From assembly GCA_038087875.1 (NCBI GenBank), contig JAXLNO010000480.1:1-64000 (forward strand): 64,000 nucleotides of DNA. Reading direction: 5' to 3'. The translations under genes were made by a program, and so were the position numbers. This document shows, in pieces, positions 37,849 to 52,800 of this stretch (positions are counted from its first letter, which is position 1; each line of letters opens with the position of its first letter). A model generated the notes under the pieces. It did no database searches, had not been told where the DNA came from, and was given only the letters and a program-made list of their open reading frames with translations. The stretch comes from Malacoraja senta (taxonomy: Eukaryota).

Positions 37849-40800
37849 GTAAGTGCTTTCTCTTCACCGGTCACAATCACGTTGCTTTACTTTATCATTG
37901 TCCGTGTAAACCCACACCCCATTGTCAATCTCACTTTCCTCTCCACGTCCCACAAATCCACCCCATCCTTGCTGGAGCTCCATTTCTGAGCCTCTCCCAT
38001 TAGCTCCCTCCCTCCCCTTCCCCTGCACCAACATGGTCCTTTTCAAAGTCAGAAATGGCCCCCGGTGAGTAGTGTGACATGGTTGTCCACACCATCCTCC
38101 CCAACATCTCCCCACCACAGTCCAGGTGGGTGGAACTGCCCTTGACTTATCGATCCAGTCGCAGCCCGAGAACTACCCGCAATGTCTTCACTTCACGCTC
38201 CAGCACAGTTCCCTCGGGCACCCTCCGACAATCTACCATGGACCCCTCCTATTTCTCATCCTCAAGTTGCCCTTCAGTGACATCAGCTGAAGTTTCACCA
38301 TTGCTTCCACAAGTTGACTGTGGACACCAGCTTGACCTCGCTAGCACCTCCCTCGACCCCTCCATAGTCTCCACATTCCCAGACTACACGTGGGACATCC
38401 AGGACTGGATGAGCAGAATTCCCTCCCAACTGAACACTTTGAATCCCAAAGCCGTTGTCTTCAGTCCCACCACAACCCCTTTCTCCAGCCAGCAATTCCA
38501 TTCCATTCAAATCACAGAATATTTGGGGGTCAGACTGGTGATTCAGTGGCAGCAAACCAGACTCCAGGATGGTGTGTTGCCTCCCTGGTGCCAGGGTCCA
38601 GGATGTCTCCCAGCAGGTGTAGGACATTCTCAAGGATGAAGGTGAACAGCCAGAAGGCGGTGGGCACTTTGGCACAAATGGGATGGGTAGGAAAAGGGAC
38701 GAGGTCTGATAGTTTCCCTACCACTGACATGAGTCTCACTACATCAACAACTCTCCAATCCTTCCACAAACTCACCTGTGGCCAGAGAACACACACGTCT
38801 TTATCAAGGCTCGCTGGGCTCATCATCTCCAGATTCCTCCCGGTGCCATGTGTTAGTGAAGGTAGGAATAGGAAGAAAGGACAGATGAATGTATGGCTCA
38901 GGACTTGGTGCAGGGGGCAGAGATTCAGATCCAGATCTTTCGGCCATTGGCATCTCTTCTGGGGCAGACGTCACCTCTACAAGAGGGATAGTTTGTATCT
39001 GAAATGGAGGGGACCAATATGTTTGCAGGGAGGTGCACTAGTGTTACCAAGAGGGCTAAACTGGAGAGGTAGGGGGGTGATGGGAAGGTGGAGATGAAGA
39101 TAAGTAAGTCTCAAAGGAAGGACAGACAGAGGGTGGTGAAGTTATATTGTGAAACTGATGGGTGGAGGTATGTTCATTCCAATGCAAGGAGTATTGTGGG
39201 CAAAGTAGATGAACTTAGAGCCCAGATCGCTGTTGGGGATTATGATGTTGTGGTCATTGTGGAAATATGGTTGTGACAGGGACATGACTAGCAGCTCAAT
39301 GTTCTGTGTTTCTATGGGAAAAAGATGGGGGAATTGCTCTATTAATCAGGGAAAATATCTTGTTGGCATTCAGAGTGGAGACTCTGGATGGTTTGTCCAT
39401 TGAGGTGATATGGGTAGAGCAATGTGAAAATAAGAAAGGTGCAAGCAATTCAACGGAATTGTATCAGAGGTCCCCCAAGAGTGAGCAGGAAATAGAGGAA
39501 CAGATGTGGACACAGATTACTGAAAGTTTACACAAATGGATGTCTTGGGGGGTGACTAATGGTATATCCAATAGGATGTTTTGCAACAGTTGTGAATAGT
39601 GCAACGTGAGAAAGGAATCCAAAATGGACCTTGTGTTGGGAAATGAGTCTGGCCAAGTGACTGATGTTTTAGTGAAAGAGTATTTTGGAGACAGTGAATA
39701 CAACTCCATAAGTTTTAAGATTGGTTTGAATAGGACTGTGCGACAAGACATTAATTTGAGTAAGGCAAATGACACCATTATTAGGCAGGAGCTTGGTAAA
39801 GTATACTCAGAGCAGTTGTTATTAAGTTACTCCAAGTCTGAGATTGAGAATTGTCCGAAGGTCAGTTGATCCAAACTCAAGACCGGCAAGTTCCAGTAAG
39901 GAGGAGAGATAAGGCTGGCAAAGTAAGGGTACCTGAGATGACCAAATAAATTTGTAAATTTGGTCAAAAATAGAAAGGAAACACATGCAAGGTTCAAGAA
40001 TATGATAGCAGAGAGGGCCATTGAGGAATATAAAGCAAGGAGGAAAGAACTCAAGCGGGCGATTAGAAGGGAGAAAATAGGCCACAAAATGGCTGTGGCG
40101 ATTTGGAGTAAAGAAAGTTCCAAGGCTTCTTATACTTACATTAAAATCAAGATGGTAGACAAGGAGAAGGTAAACAAGGATAAATGAAGGAAACTGAAAC
40201 TGGAGATAGGGGTTGTAGGTGAGGTGTCAGATAAATCCAGGGATGAGAGGAGCAAGGGAAAAGGAAACAAATGAAATAAAATAAAATATGTCAGTAAAAA
40301 GGTGGGGTGGATTGTTTGGCGATTTGTTGCCTGAAAGTCAAGAATTCAATGTTCATACCATTAAGTTGTCAGATACCCAAGAGAAATATGAAGTGAGATT
40401 TCTTCAGTTTGCATGTGGCCTCACTGGCAATGGAGGAGGCCAAGGACAGAAAGATCAGTTTGGGAATGGGAGTTAAAATGGTTTATTTGTTTAGAGAGAG
40501 AATTCAGCGAATTAAAGAACTGTGAGTCACATGTCAACGGTAGGAAACATTTGGAAACGATTCTTTGGGATAGAATTGACTCCCATTTGGAACAAAATAG
40601 ACGAGGGGATTAAAGACAGTAGGCATGACTTTTACGTGTCATTGTCTACAGTGATTTTAGTAAGGCACTTGGTAAAGTCCCCCATGATAGACTGATGCTG
40701 AAGATTAATAAGCATGGGATTAACATTGAATTGTTTGTCAGGATTCAGAATGGGCAGACTAGAAAACAGAGGAAAAGGCAATATTCAGGCAGGAAATCTG

Positions 40801-43800
40801 TGACCAGTGGAGTTCTATATGGATCTCTGCCAGGACCACTGTCGGTCATGATTTATACAATGAATTTAAATGTAGATGGGTTGGTTAGTACATTTGCAGA
40901 TGAGAACAAGATTGCTGCACTGTGAACAACGCTGTCAAAGTATCAAAGTATGTTGTAAAGTAATGAATGGGATATAGACCAGCTACAGAAATGGGTGGAC
41001 AAATGACAGATCAAGTTTAATCCAAGCATCTGTGAGGTGTTGCACTTTGGGAGGTTGAATATAAGGGGAAGATATACAATTAACGGCAAGGCCCTTAACA
41101 ACATTGATGTACAGAGGGACCTTGGGATCCAAGTCCCGAACTCTCTGAAAATGGTAATACAGGTAGATAGAGTGGCAAAGAAGGCAGATGGCATGCCTTT
41201 GGTCGGATCATTGGGTATAAGACTCAGGAAGTCAGGATGTGATGCAGCTTTGTAGGACTTTGGTTAGGCCGGATTTCAAGCATTGCATGCAGTTCTGGAT
41301 GCCCCAAAAAGATGCAGAGGCTTTGGAGACAGGGCTGAGAAGGTTTACAAGAATTATGCCTGTGTTACTGGATATTAGCTACAGGGAGAGGATGAATAGA
41401 CTTGGATTGTTTTCTCTGGAATGTTTGACATTGAAGTGAGGCTTGATAGAATTCTACCAAATGATGAGCGGCAAGGTCAATGTAGACAGTCAGAATCTTT
41501 TCCCCAGGATGGAAATATCAAATACAAGAGGGCATGGGGGGCTTTTAGGTGAGAGAGGCAAAGTGTGAAGGAGATGTGAAGGACAAGTATTTTACAGTGG
41601 TGAGTGACTGGAACATGCTGCTGGTGGTGATGGAGGGAGATGTGTGAATGGGATTTAAGAGACTTTTGGATAGGCACATGGACATGCAGGGAATGGAGAG
41701 ATATGGATTATGTGTAGGCAGATAAGAGTTGGTCGTGGCATTATGCTCGACATAGACCTTGTGGGCCGAGGGGCTTGTTCCTGTTCAGAACTGTTCTATG
41801 TTGTAAATCACTGTGGAATGAGGAGCAGGCAGGGAGGCAGGATTCTGTTTATTCTGTTCCAGGTCTGTCCGACAAGGGCCGGGGATGCGGTGTGTACAGG
41901 ATCGGCCTGATCTCCACCCACATCAGGAAACCCCGTCACAGGGAACGCTGGAGACCCGACACAAACGCCCTTCCACCTCCGTCTTTCTCCCACTCACTCT
42001 TCTCATGTCATGAAGTATCCCTGGATCAGGCCAGGTTATTCCAGCCAGCCATCTATTCACAAACTGTGTCCGTCTCACTGGAGGTTCTGTGGGAGATCAA
42101 AACATTGTGGAAATAAATGAAATTCAAAATTAATAATTACAGACATGGAGTGGAGGAAATGTGCTTAAAATGTTAATTCCTACATTTTTCCTATTTCCAA
42201 CAGAAATCAGAAATCAGATTTATTTCTTGGATAATGGAGGCGACATTGTGTTAAAAGGACCGGACAATCCTGGGAGTAAAACCGTTGTCTGGGAATGGGA
42301 ACCACACTCAGGGCCGGGAAAACAGACAGTGGTAACTCTCCGCGCTGGGAACAAGGGCACGTGGAGCAGACAGTGGGGCAATGGCTGGGAAAACATAGAC
42401 AAGAACCAGGAGGTGGATGTGGATCTCCGTACTGTTAATCTGACAATAAAACCCCCCAGATTTAAATGGTCAGGATTGTTCACTTTGACCGAAACACATC
42501 CGAGGAACCAGATCCTGAAACGATATGAAATATATGGGATCAAAGGTGAGTGGGCAAGACACGGATCAACAATATGTTTCTCTGTAAATAATGTCACGTG
42601 TAATGATGAAATATGGCGGGAATTGTGAGACTTCTTCCTCCCGATGAATCTCCCAATGAAACAATTGGAGGAAAGATTTTTCTTCATTGATTCTGTGGGC
42701 CTGGGGTGAGATTGTCGAGTGACACTGCTGCTCAATGTTACCCAGTGAACCAGGTCCATGCCTCACTTGGTTGAGATCCCAGAGGAAGTCCTTCATCTGT
42801 GGAACTTACACTGGTGGGAGAGTTCCCACCTTGAGGGCGGTCGGGGGAGACATGACAGGGACAAATGAACAAACGTATCAATCCAGTTACATCTGAACGT
42901 TGTTTGCATTCACTGGTCAGAGTGTTGCCGGTTGCACCAGCAGTGTCACGGTGAACAGCCGGCATTTACCTGTGTGAATATGAACAGCTTCAGGACTTCC
43001 ACCCATGCGTTTCACAACGAGGAATTCCACAACTTGCTGACAGTTCTTGCGGTGAATCTGCCAGCGCTCCCCTTCACTTCTCCACGTGGAGACCAGGACT
43101 GGAGCAGGAATATGCTGATATTCCCCAACACTGGCACTGGGAAAACTGCTCCCAGATCCGGTGCCTGCAGGGGTGGAGACTCTTCAGGAATCAAAACTAA
43201 TCGTTATTGTAGAATTAGACTCTTTCATGATTAAAAAAAATGAAATATTCAATATTAATGAATGTGTTTACTTCTAAAAGTTGGTGACATCAGAACCTTT
43301 CCAACAGCTTGGGAGCTTTAGCAGAGGATGAACAAGGCCTTTGCCTCCTGTAGATAATTCTCCACAGGTATAAAGGGATTGAGATTTGTTCATTGCTCTA
43401 ACGTTTGCCGAGATACAGTGAATGAGGTTGGATCCAACTACTTTGATCTTCATGTTTTCCCCAGCGAAATCTCCATTGCAGAATATTCTAGGCTGCAGGA
43501 GTACATGCTGAGGGACACACTGAAGATCAGTGCAGACAAAGCAAAGGCATTGTGGATAGAACTACAGTCCCATGGACCTTCTGCCACCAGTCCCCGCCGA
43601 GCTAAATCTAATGTACAAACATCTGAAACACTTGAATTGGTATAATCTCAGGATGCAGCCTGAGTGTCAAGAGTGTTATGTACACAAAATGTGTGAACAC
43701 TGCCAAAGTGAGGAACAATAACACTATGTCTGTGTAGTCTGTACAATATCAAATTCAGATTTAGATTCATATTAGTTCATTGTCATATACATTTGGGTTT

Positions 43801-46800
43801 AAAACACATTCATTGTTCAGATAAAGTAAATTATAATAAAAGGTACATTAAAAAATGCAACGAAAGCAAAAGAGCAGAATGGTGCAGAGATTGCAGTGCA
43901 GTCTGAAGTAATGCAACATAAAACTAACGTTTATGAACATGCCCCAGGGGATGATGAGTGTTTGTGGCTCTGGGCTTGGACTAGCTGGAGTTTAGAAGAA
44001 TGAGGGGCGGGTCTAGGTTTTCAGTTGAGGTGAGATTGAGGCAGTCATTGGACTTGTACAAACCACTACTCACTCTGAATCTCATTGATCTGTTTTTCAC
44101 AGTTGAGGCAAGTCAACAGAGGCATCTGCTGGGCAGTGACGTCACACTCAGCTGCACCATCTCCAGACTCTCAGATACAGTCAGTCTTCACTGGAGACCC
44201 ATGGACTCATCCCAGCAGAACAGGAACAACACTGATCAGATCGGCCTGGATAACACGGTCTATCTGATGGTTCAACACGTTACAGTGGAGGATGGGAAGC
44301 TGTATGTGTGTGATGTGCAGGAAAACGGAAACATTGTTCACACAAGTAATGGAGATTTTACTGTAGACAACCGTGAGTGTAAACACCTCCCATTGGAATA
44401 TCAAGTAGACACTTGTATCACGGTGCTTCTTGTAATATTATGTGTGTGCCCTGTGAAGAACTGTGGCAGTGACCAACTGCTCTCCAGTATAAAATGCTGC
44501 AATGATCAGGGAGAAGTTACAGAAAGTCTCTCTCTCTGTGGAGCAGCTGCCTGCTTGTCTCTGTGTGACAGACACACAGCACAGGAGGGGGATGTCTTTC
44601 TGTAACCATTCTTCAGTCAAGTATTTGGTCAGTTTATCTTGCCATCAATGCTCCAGTATCTGAGACTGAGATACTGATACAGGACTCATGTCAAAGTGTC
44701 AGATAGAAAGTGTAGTCACCATGACAACCACCAGCACTTGCTGCTCACTCACACTGGGGGTCCCGGCCCACACATCAGCACTGAACAACAATCCATCCCC
44801 TCTCCCCTCACTGACCCTTCTCTCCAAGTCTGGTGTTGCTTGAAGTGATTCCAGCTGCTGCAGACTCGGGCTTGGGATCAGCATTCAGCTGGGAGCAGGA
44901 CCCGGGAACAGGGAAGGACAGGGAATCAATGGGTGTGAATGGGAGAGGGATGGTGGGAATAATGGGAATGAAGGGACGGGAAGACCCGACCCACTTGAAG
45001 TGCCAACCTGTCCGGGTCAGTCCCACGCAGGCATCCTCTGGGCTGCTCTGTCCGCAGCCTGAACCTGCACACCTCCTGCAGACAGACTGACAGAGACATT
45101 CACCTCCCAGACCGCTCTCGGGAGTCTCCGGGAGGTTTCATTCCATCCCGGAGATTCCCGGACAGTCCGGGTGTGGGGGCGAACCTAATGTTGAAATGTA
45201 GAGTGGAATATCCAAACTTCACTGCAATTTACTGCCGGTACAGGACATTGTATTTATAAAGATCTGATGAGTTTAGTGCGGCATTCATGAAAGATGTTAC
45301 ATTTGAAACTTGATCAGCTGAACAAAACACCACGAATGTTTATAAGAATACGGTTTGAGAATCTCTGTATGGGCACGGTAACTGTAATACTGAAAGGAGT
45401 TATCCTCTGTCTCTCTGATACAGATTTACATAGGAAGATATACACACTTTACCGCTCCAGCACAGATCACAGTGAACTTCACCTGGTTTGTTCTGTGAGT
45501 GTAACTATTCCCGTGCTGACTGGACGTGGAAACCTCATCACCTTCAACAGCCGGATGTAATAGCATCTGCAAAACGTTCTCAGCCCATCAATGTCAAAGG
45601 GGACCGACTTCGGGAATCGACTGGTGACCTCAGGGAAACCCTTCGATGGCAGGATTTTAGTGTGAGGATTGTCCCCGTTTTGTTTCAAGATGCCGGAGTT
45701 TACGCCTGTTTTCTGCAATCAGTTCTATTTCCCACCATTGATCTAATCACAGTGAAAGGTAGGATACAGAATGTTGTCACTGAGTTTACTGATGAACTTA
45801 TTGTTTAAAATGTAAACAACCTGCTTGTTTCCACAGTCACAGCTGAACCGTCTGATGCAGTGACTGAGGGAGACACCGTTACCCTGACCTGCTCTGTGTC
45901 TCACGTCATTGAGTCAATGAGACTGGTTTGGATCAATGGCGATGGCAAAAGTGTTGGAGAAAAGACACTGACCGGGAAAGACAAATCACAGAGTATGGTT
46001 ATTCAGAAAGCTGAGAGAGGCAGAGGGAACTGGAGATGTGGTTTGTTTCATCAAGAGCTGCCCCGGCTTGTTGTCCCGTACTATCTGGAGCCCCGTGGTA
46101 AGTGATAAGGGTTTGTTCTTCATACTTAGAGTCATGATTGAGTTTTGATGTCGCTTATTGATCCTCAAATTTGAGTGGAATATTTTCTTCCAGTTTCAGT
46201 GGTCTTACTCTGTTATGAATACCGAATTCTCAAATTTCAAATAACACTTCCCGAACCCCACTTCTCCCCCTTCATTGTGCACGCATTTATCCCACCACCC
46301 AGTTATCCTATTCTCTTCTCTTCCTCTTTCAACTCATTTCCCACCCCTTCCAATTGCAGTTTTCCTTTTATGTTCTTGCTCCACTTCCACCCATATCCCT
46401 CCCTCTGTTACTGATCTGACTGTAGATCAGTCAGTATTAGTTGACCTGATCTATGTCATGTTTTACTGCATGCCGCTGTGTACTCAAACAGTCATCTGGT
46501 TGAACCAGGACTTATATAAAGGACTTCAAGATTATGTAAAAGGAAACACTATAGAAACGAAACAGAAATTGGAAATGAATATTATTATTACTGACGAAAT
46601 GTGGGAAAAGACATGTCATTTGGGTCATCAGTTAACAAACAACCCCACCTGGAGGGAGTTTGAATGGAAAACTAGAATGAGAGTATTTAAGACTCCTCTT
46701 ATGTTAGCAAGATACAGCAACACCTCAGATTTATGCTGGAGACAATGCGGGAAGATTAGCGATCATACCCATATTTTTGGGGATTGTCCCAAATTGTATC

Positions 46801-49800
46801 AATATTGGAGAGACATTCAGGCGGAGATCAATCTAATCTTGGGGGTGGATCTACCTCTGGAGCCGGCATGCTTCATAGTAGGAGAGACTCCAGAAAATAT
46901 AGATACCAAAACTCAGACATACTTGCTTGGGGTGTTGCAGTTGATTGCAAAGAAGATGATTCCAGTGTCATGGAGAAATGTAAAGCCACCAAATGTTCAA
47001 CAGTGGAGGGAAAGACTGAAAAGTGTATATATGATGGAAAGTATAACAGCTAAACTCCAGTTAAGGACTGATGCTTTCAACATTATGTGGACACCGGTAT
47101 TACTACAACTGCCAAGACTGATTAAGGACACGATTTCTCCATAGCCCCAGTGGAGGGGAGGAGTTCGACTGGTATTGTATACGTGTATTTGGAACCATAT
47201 GTACAGACATGATTGTGACTGTGTATAAGTACATACATAGGGGCGATCAATGACAAAATAAGTTCTTCTAGTGGCATACAAGTGTCTGGTTTAACATAAC
47301 GGGTGACTATATATTAAGTAGGATTATATATGATGAGCTTGCTTGGGTGCCTGTGAATGTGATGCTTCTGTGACAGAACTCTAGGATGATCTGATGTGAT
47401 GCTGACAGCTGCTGTGTGATTTGTATATCTTGTTTGTATGTGTACTTTGTCTTGTTAATAAATGTTGAGGGCAAAACAAAATGTAGGTGCTGGCTCGAGG
47501 GGCTGAATGGCCTACTCCTGCACCTATTGTCTATTGTCAAAGATCCTTTCTTTGAATCTGACAATGTTTTATTCATCATAAAACATGAACTCACTTCTTT
47601 CCCTTTCCACGGATACTGCTCAAACGGCTGACTATTTCTAACCTTTACAGTTAATGTGCTCCTGGTTTGAGACGATTGAAGCTGGATGGCAATATCCACT
47701 CTGTTGTCAGTTGTGCTCATTCAACCATCGTTCCAGGCTTAGACTATGATAGACATTTGTCCACTGTACAGTGGGAAGTATCAAAGCTGAATCAGCTACT
47801 TTATCTACCAACCATCAGCTCCCATCTCCTGCCTGAGAAATGGCAGCTGATTGTAACCAAGAAATAGAAACTTGTGTGAATGTTTACAGTCTCTAACTGA
47901 TGGCTACTGAGGCAAGTTGTGGTTCTCTGATCTTTCTGAGTAAGGTCAATTAATCTGGGGAAAAAAAGACACAATGTGCTGGAGTAACTCAACGGGTCAG
48001 GCGGAATCTCTGGAGAACATGGATAGGTGAGGTTTTGGGTCTTGACCCTACTTCAGACTAAAGGGCTGCGACCTGAAATGTCACCTGCCTAACCTGCTGA
48101 GTTTCTCCAACACGTTGTGTCTTTTATTGGTAAACTCTCATCTGCAGTACCTTGTGTCTCAGTGAATCTGGATCACAAGTTAAACTCAAGACTTCTGATC
48201 TAAATTAGTCAGTGTGGTTAATGCCTGGTCTTTGGGGGAGCTTTTGAATGATGTCCATTTATTCTACAAATGTGAACTCTGTGTTTATTATTTTGACAGG
48301 GAATCACGATTTAAAATACATTATTGTTGGAATTATCGGGAGTCTGGCTGTTCTCATCATCATTATACTGGCAGTGGTGTTCTGTCAAAGAAAGCGCAAG
48401 CCTACAGGTAAAGTACACGATGACATTCTTAATGCAGCACAGATTCCCCAAATTATCAATGACAATGTTATCTTTGTTACAAGGAGAAAAGAACAATCTA
48501 TTTTGGATAAGAAACGTATCTGTTTGTGCTTATGTTGTTGAGAAATTGATTTCAGACTTTTTGTGGTCAATTAAAGCATTATTTATGCAATGTGGATTGT
48601 CTACATGTCTACCTGCGTTGCCATGAGGAGTCTGCTGTATGATTTCAGGTGCTGTTCTGCAATGATCTGACCACGTGGTGATTGTGTCACCATCCCCTGT
48701 GTAAACCATTATCAAATAAACATGCCAGAAGTTGAAGTATAGCTAGTGTAGTCATGTAGAAAATATGGTCTCCAATTTGCCCTCAACATGTTCCTATTTA
48801 CTGGGGGATAAATATTGGCCAGGAAACCAGGAAACCAAGGTATCTCCACTGCACTTTGGTGATTCAAACTTAAAGTGAAAATTTTGCCTTGTGTACCATC
48901 CTAATATGGTCATAATTTAGGGAACACTGTGTTTCCATGGACTCTGATTTGATACACATGATCTTATCCCACCATTAAATGTCTCTGACGTACATCTGAA
49001 GCCATGTTCCTGGTCATTCTGGTGGATCTCATTATTAATGGGGTACAGTTTAAACACTAGATTGCTGCTTCTTTAAAATCAAGCCGGATTAAAGTCTTAA
49101 TCAGAAAATAATACTTATTTTCCAGAAATTAATGTGACCCCAGTACCTGAGATGAGCCGTGTTGCTGAATATATGTCTGTGAGTAGGAAGACAACGCAAG
49201 AAGGTAAATAGATGACTCAGTCAATGAATCTCTAGTTGTAGAGTGTTGTATTTGATGAAGCTACCTATTTCACATTTCACAGTTTTGTAACAAGAATGTG
49301 AGGAAGGGAACCTCAAGCACACAAACTAATTGATCAATTCAACAGTCTCTCTTGTGTCAATTCACCCCTCAGTCCCAATCTTCCTCATCCAACTGCAGGT
49401 CTTACTCTGCATTGCTCAATTGACTAATTTTCACTGACTATCATGGTCAACCCATGAATGTTGAGACATCACCATGAACAACATATTCACACTCCTAATT
49501 TATTGTTGATCCTGATTAACAGCTTGGTTAGTGGCTCTCTAAAGAATGGACAGCACTTGCCCTTTCAAAAGTCACCATCCCTTTCACAAAATACCATCTA
49601 GCATTAAATGCCTCCAATTCACTTTGCCAGTAGTTCAGATTTTATTCTAAAGTGGAAATAACAACAACATTACAGAATGGTTTGAGCAACATTAATAAAT
49701 GGGGGAGAGGTGATGTTTCGGATCGAGACCCTTCTTTTGAGTCCGAAGAAGGGTCACGACCTGAAACATCACCTATACATGTCCTCCAGAGATGCTGCCT

Positions 49801-52800
49801 GACCTGCAGAGGTACTCCAGCACTTTGTGTCCCTTTGTGTATTATCCAGCATCTGCAGTTCTTTGTTTCCACCTTAGACAGAATCAGAATCAGATTTTAT
49901 TCGCCAAGTATGTTTTGCAACATACGAGGAATTTCACTGGCCACGTCAGTCATACAATTAAAAAGCAACAGACTCAAAAACACATTTTAACATGAACATC
50001 CACCACAGTGACTCCTACACATTCCTCACTGTGATGGAAGGCGAAATAAAGTTCAAGTCCTTCACTTGTGTTCTTCCTCGGTTGGGGGCCTCGAGCCCCC
50101 GTTGACGGGATGATCTTAACTCCTGTAGCCGGCGGCGATCAGGCCCTCCGCGTCGAGGTGTTCAGCTCCCGTATCGGGGGGATGTCAACTCCCCGCGCCG
50201 GGCGTTCAAACCTCGCGTTGGGGCTGGTTGAACCTTCTGCGGCGTTGGAGCTCCCGACTCAGCCTCTCCTGAGACTGCGAGCCCTTGATGGTAAGTCCGC
50301 AGGCTGCGGTGGGAGCGATCCCAGGCAAGGGATCCGCTCCGATTTTAGGTCCGCGCCCTGTGGTGGGGCTCACGACAGTCCGAGGTGGCTTCCAGCTCCA
50401 GCGATGGTAGGCAGCAGAGCCCAGAGAATGTGATCCAAAAATTAATCACATCTCCGGGAAGAGAAGGACCTGCAAAAAAAAGTTTCCCCCGATCCCCCCT
50501 CACATAAAACAAACTGAAGTACATTAAAACAAACTTTTAACAAACACTAAAATAACAAAAAGATGAATAAACGAACAGACTGCCGGCAGGGCTGCCATCA
50601 CCCTGGTGGTCAAATGGTGGACAGTATTGTTTTTTGCCAGAATTTAGACCACATTTCTGATGAATCTGATGAACAACAGAGTAATCTTTCATGAAAAATC
50701 TGAAGGAACCTTTCAATAAATCAGACATTGCTCATGTTTTAATGAGAAAAATATCAATTCCTTACCTTGTTCCACAGTATGGATCAATTGTATTCCACTG
50801 TGTTCCACTGTAAAGGGATCGATTGTGTTCATATATTGTCTTTCTGCTGATGCAACAAAAGCTTTTCCCTGAACCTCGGCACACATGACAATAAACTAAA
50901 CTGAACCTCAGCTGATCATATCTCCCCATATTCCTTGATCTTAGTCCACATATGACTGGTCTCTAGTTTGTGTTTTGCAGTCTTTTTTTCCACTAACCAG
51001 TGGTCTTTGTAATTTATGCTTCATTTATGTGTTGTGTTGCCTTAGTCAAAATGCCTCTGATGCTGCTGCAGGCAACATTTTCATTGTACATGTACCTCAC
51101 CATTGTTGTGTATCTGTCAATAAATTCAACAACTCCTAAATGTACTGAATGATTTGGCTCCAGACAAATGTGTGGTAGAGAATGTAACAGATTCTTTGTT
51201 CTCCTCATCTTCATCCTTATTGTCTCTTGTCTTCAACCTTTACCCCTGGTCATGGTCTCCCCCAACAGGGAACATCTTCCTCCATCCAGACTGGTCTACC
51301 TGTTGGAATTTTCTCTGTTTCCATGAGAACCATTGTCATTCTTCTAAACTCCACAAGCCAAATTAACTCAAATTCTCTTTGTAATTTCCACCATCCCAGG
51401 AAGAAGTCAAAACAAGGAGGTTAGGAGATGTGACTTTTCATGGAGGGTTTTTTCAAACTGCTGGAGATACTCTATGGGTCGAGCAGCATCTATGGAGGGA
51501 AAGCGATGATCAGCGTTTCGTATCGTGACCCTGCATTGACTTAAATCATCCTTTTTGAAATACAAATAAATTCTTTGTTTCCAACTTATTTCCACAGATA
51601 CAGAAGAAGGTATTCATTATGGATCCATCTCCTTCCAGCCAAAAGCATCTGGTGGTAAAATGACTTTATTTAAATATGTTTTAATCTTTTATCACAGTGA
51701 GGATTATTGCCACTGAGTAGTCTGAAACCCTGCTGTCTTTGGCCACCTTACAACAGCATCAGGCATTCCTGGGATAAAGTCCCTCACTCTGTCCATCGAC
51801 GTGAAGTGGGACAGTCAGTTGAGGCTCAGTTAGGAGCCCAACCTTCTCTGGGTGGGTTCAGCCTCCCCAGCCTTCTCCGAGTGTGTTCTGCTCCACTAAA
51901 CTACAGGGAGTGTGTTCTGGTCCCCTAAACTACAGGGAGTGTGTTCTGGTCCCCTAACCTACTCTAAGTGGGTTCTGGTCCCCTAGCCTACTCTGAATGG
52001 GTACAATAGCCACTCCAGAGATCCAACCAGTGACATCCAGGCTGCTGTTACAACACTGTTGTGCATTGTCGTTGGTGATGAGAAGTGAAACCAAGACACC
52101 ATTTATGTCCATCTGAAGAACATTCTTCTACACAACTCCTGACTGAGCTAGAAGTGATCAGCACAATCTTCCTTGAATTACAAATTTTTGATATTGATTA
52201 GTAGGACTGGATGTTACAATCCCTAAGTTTCTTCACCACAACTGACCCAATATTCTTGGGGGTGACCACTAGGTGTTGTTGTTACCAATCAGACACATCT
52301 TCAGTTGTGTACCTCAACATCACTGGGTGTTTCGGCCTTTTATCACAAGACACCTTCAGTCAAGGCAGGCCCACCGCAGGGTGATCAGCCCTGGGTGTGT
52401 GTCTTATGGTTAGCCTCTAGATGGTCGCGTGGCAGCTCAGACAGCATCTTTTCTCTTCAGCCACAGCCAGTGACTGCTCCATTCTGCTTTTATCCTTCCA
52501 TCTTCCTCTCTACCGTTGACTGTGGCTGGTTGGGCTCTGGACTCGTGTCCGTTGGTGGGACAGTACTTGGTTGAGCTTCGCCTGGGGTGCTGATACCCTG
52601 TGGACTGTGGTGGTTAACCAGCCACTGGGCTTCACTCCACTGATTTGGCCTACCTCTTAGAAGGTAATGGTCAATGCGAGGCCCCTCACCAAGCTCTCCC
52701 AGGCACTTTTCCCTGACTTGGTGGATCTTGAGACCCTTCTCTGATGTTATTTTATCCCAGCCACAGATGCAGCTTCATAGCTTATGTCCTGCCCGGGCTG

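Noticed and set aside
46275..47144. 289-aa ORF as an extra receptor exon
   Set aside because: The C-terminal two-thirds is L1 ORF2 (CCHC knuckle); the N-terminal part is pyrimidine-rich intron.
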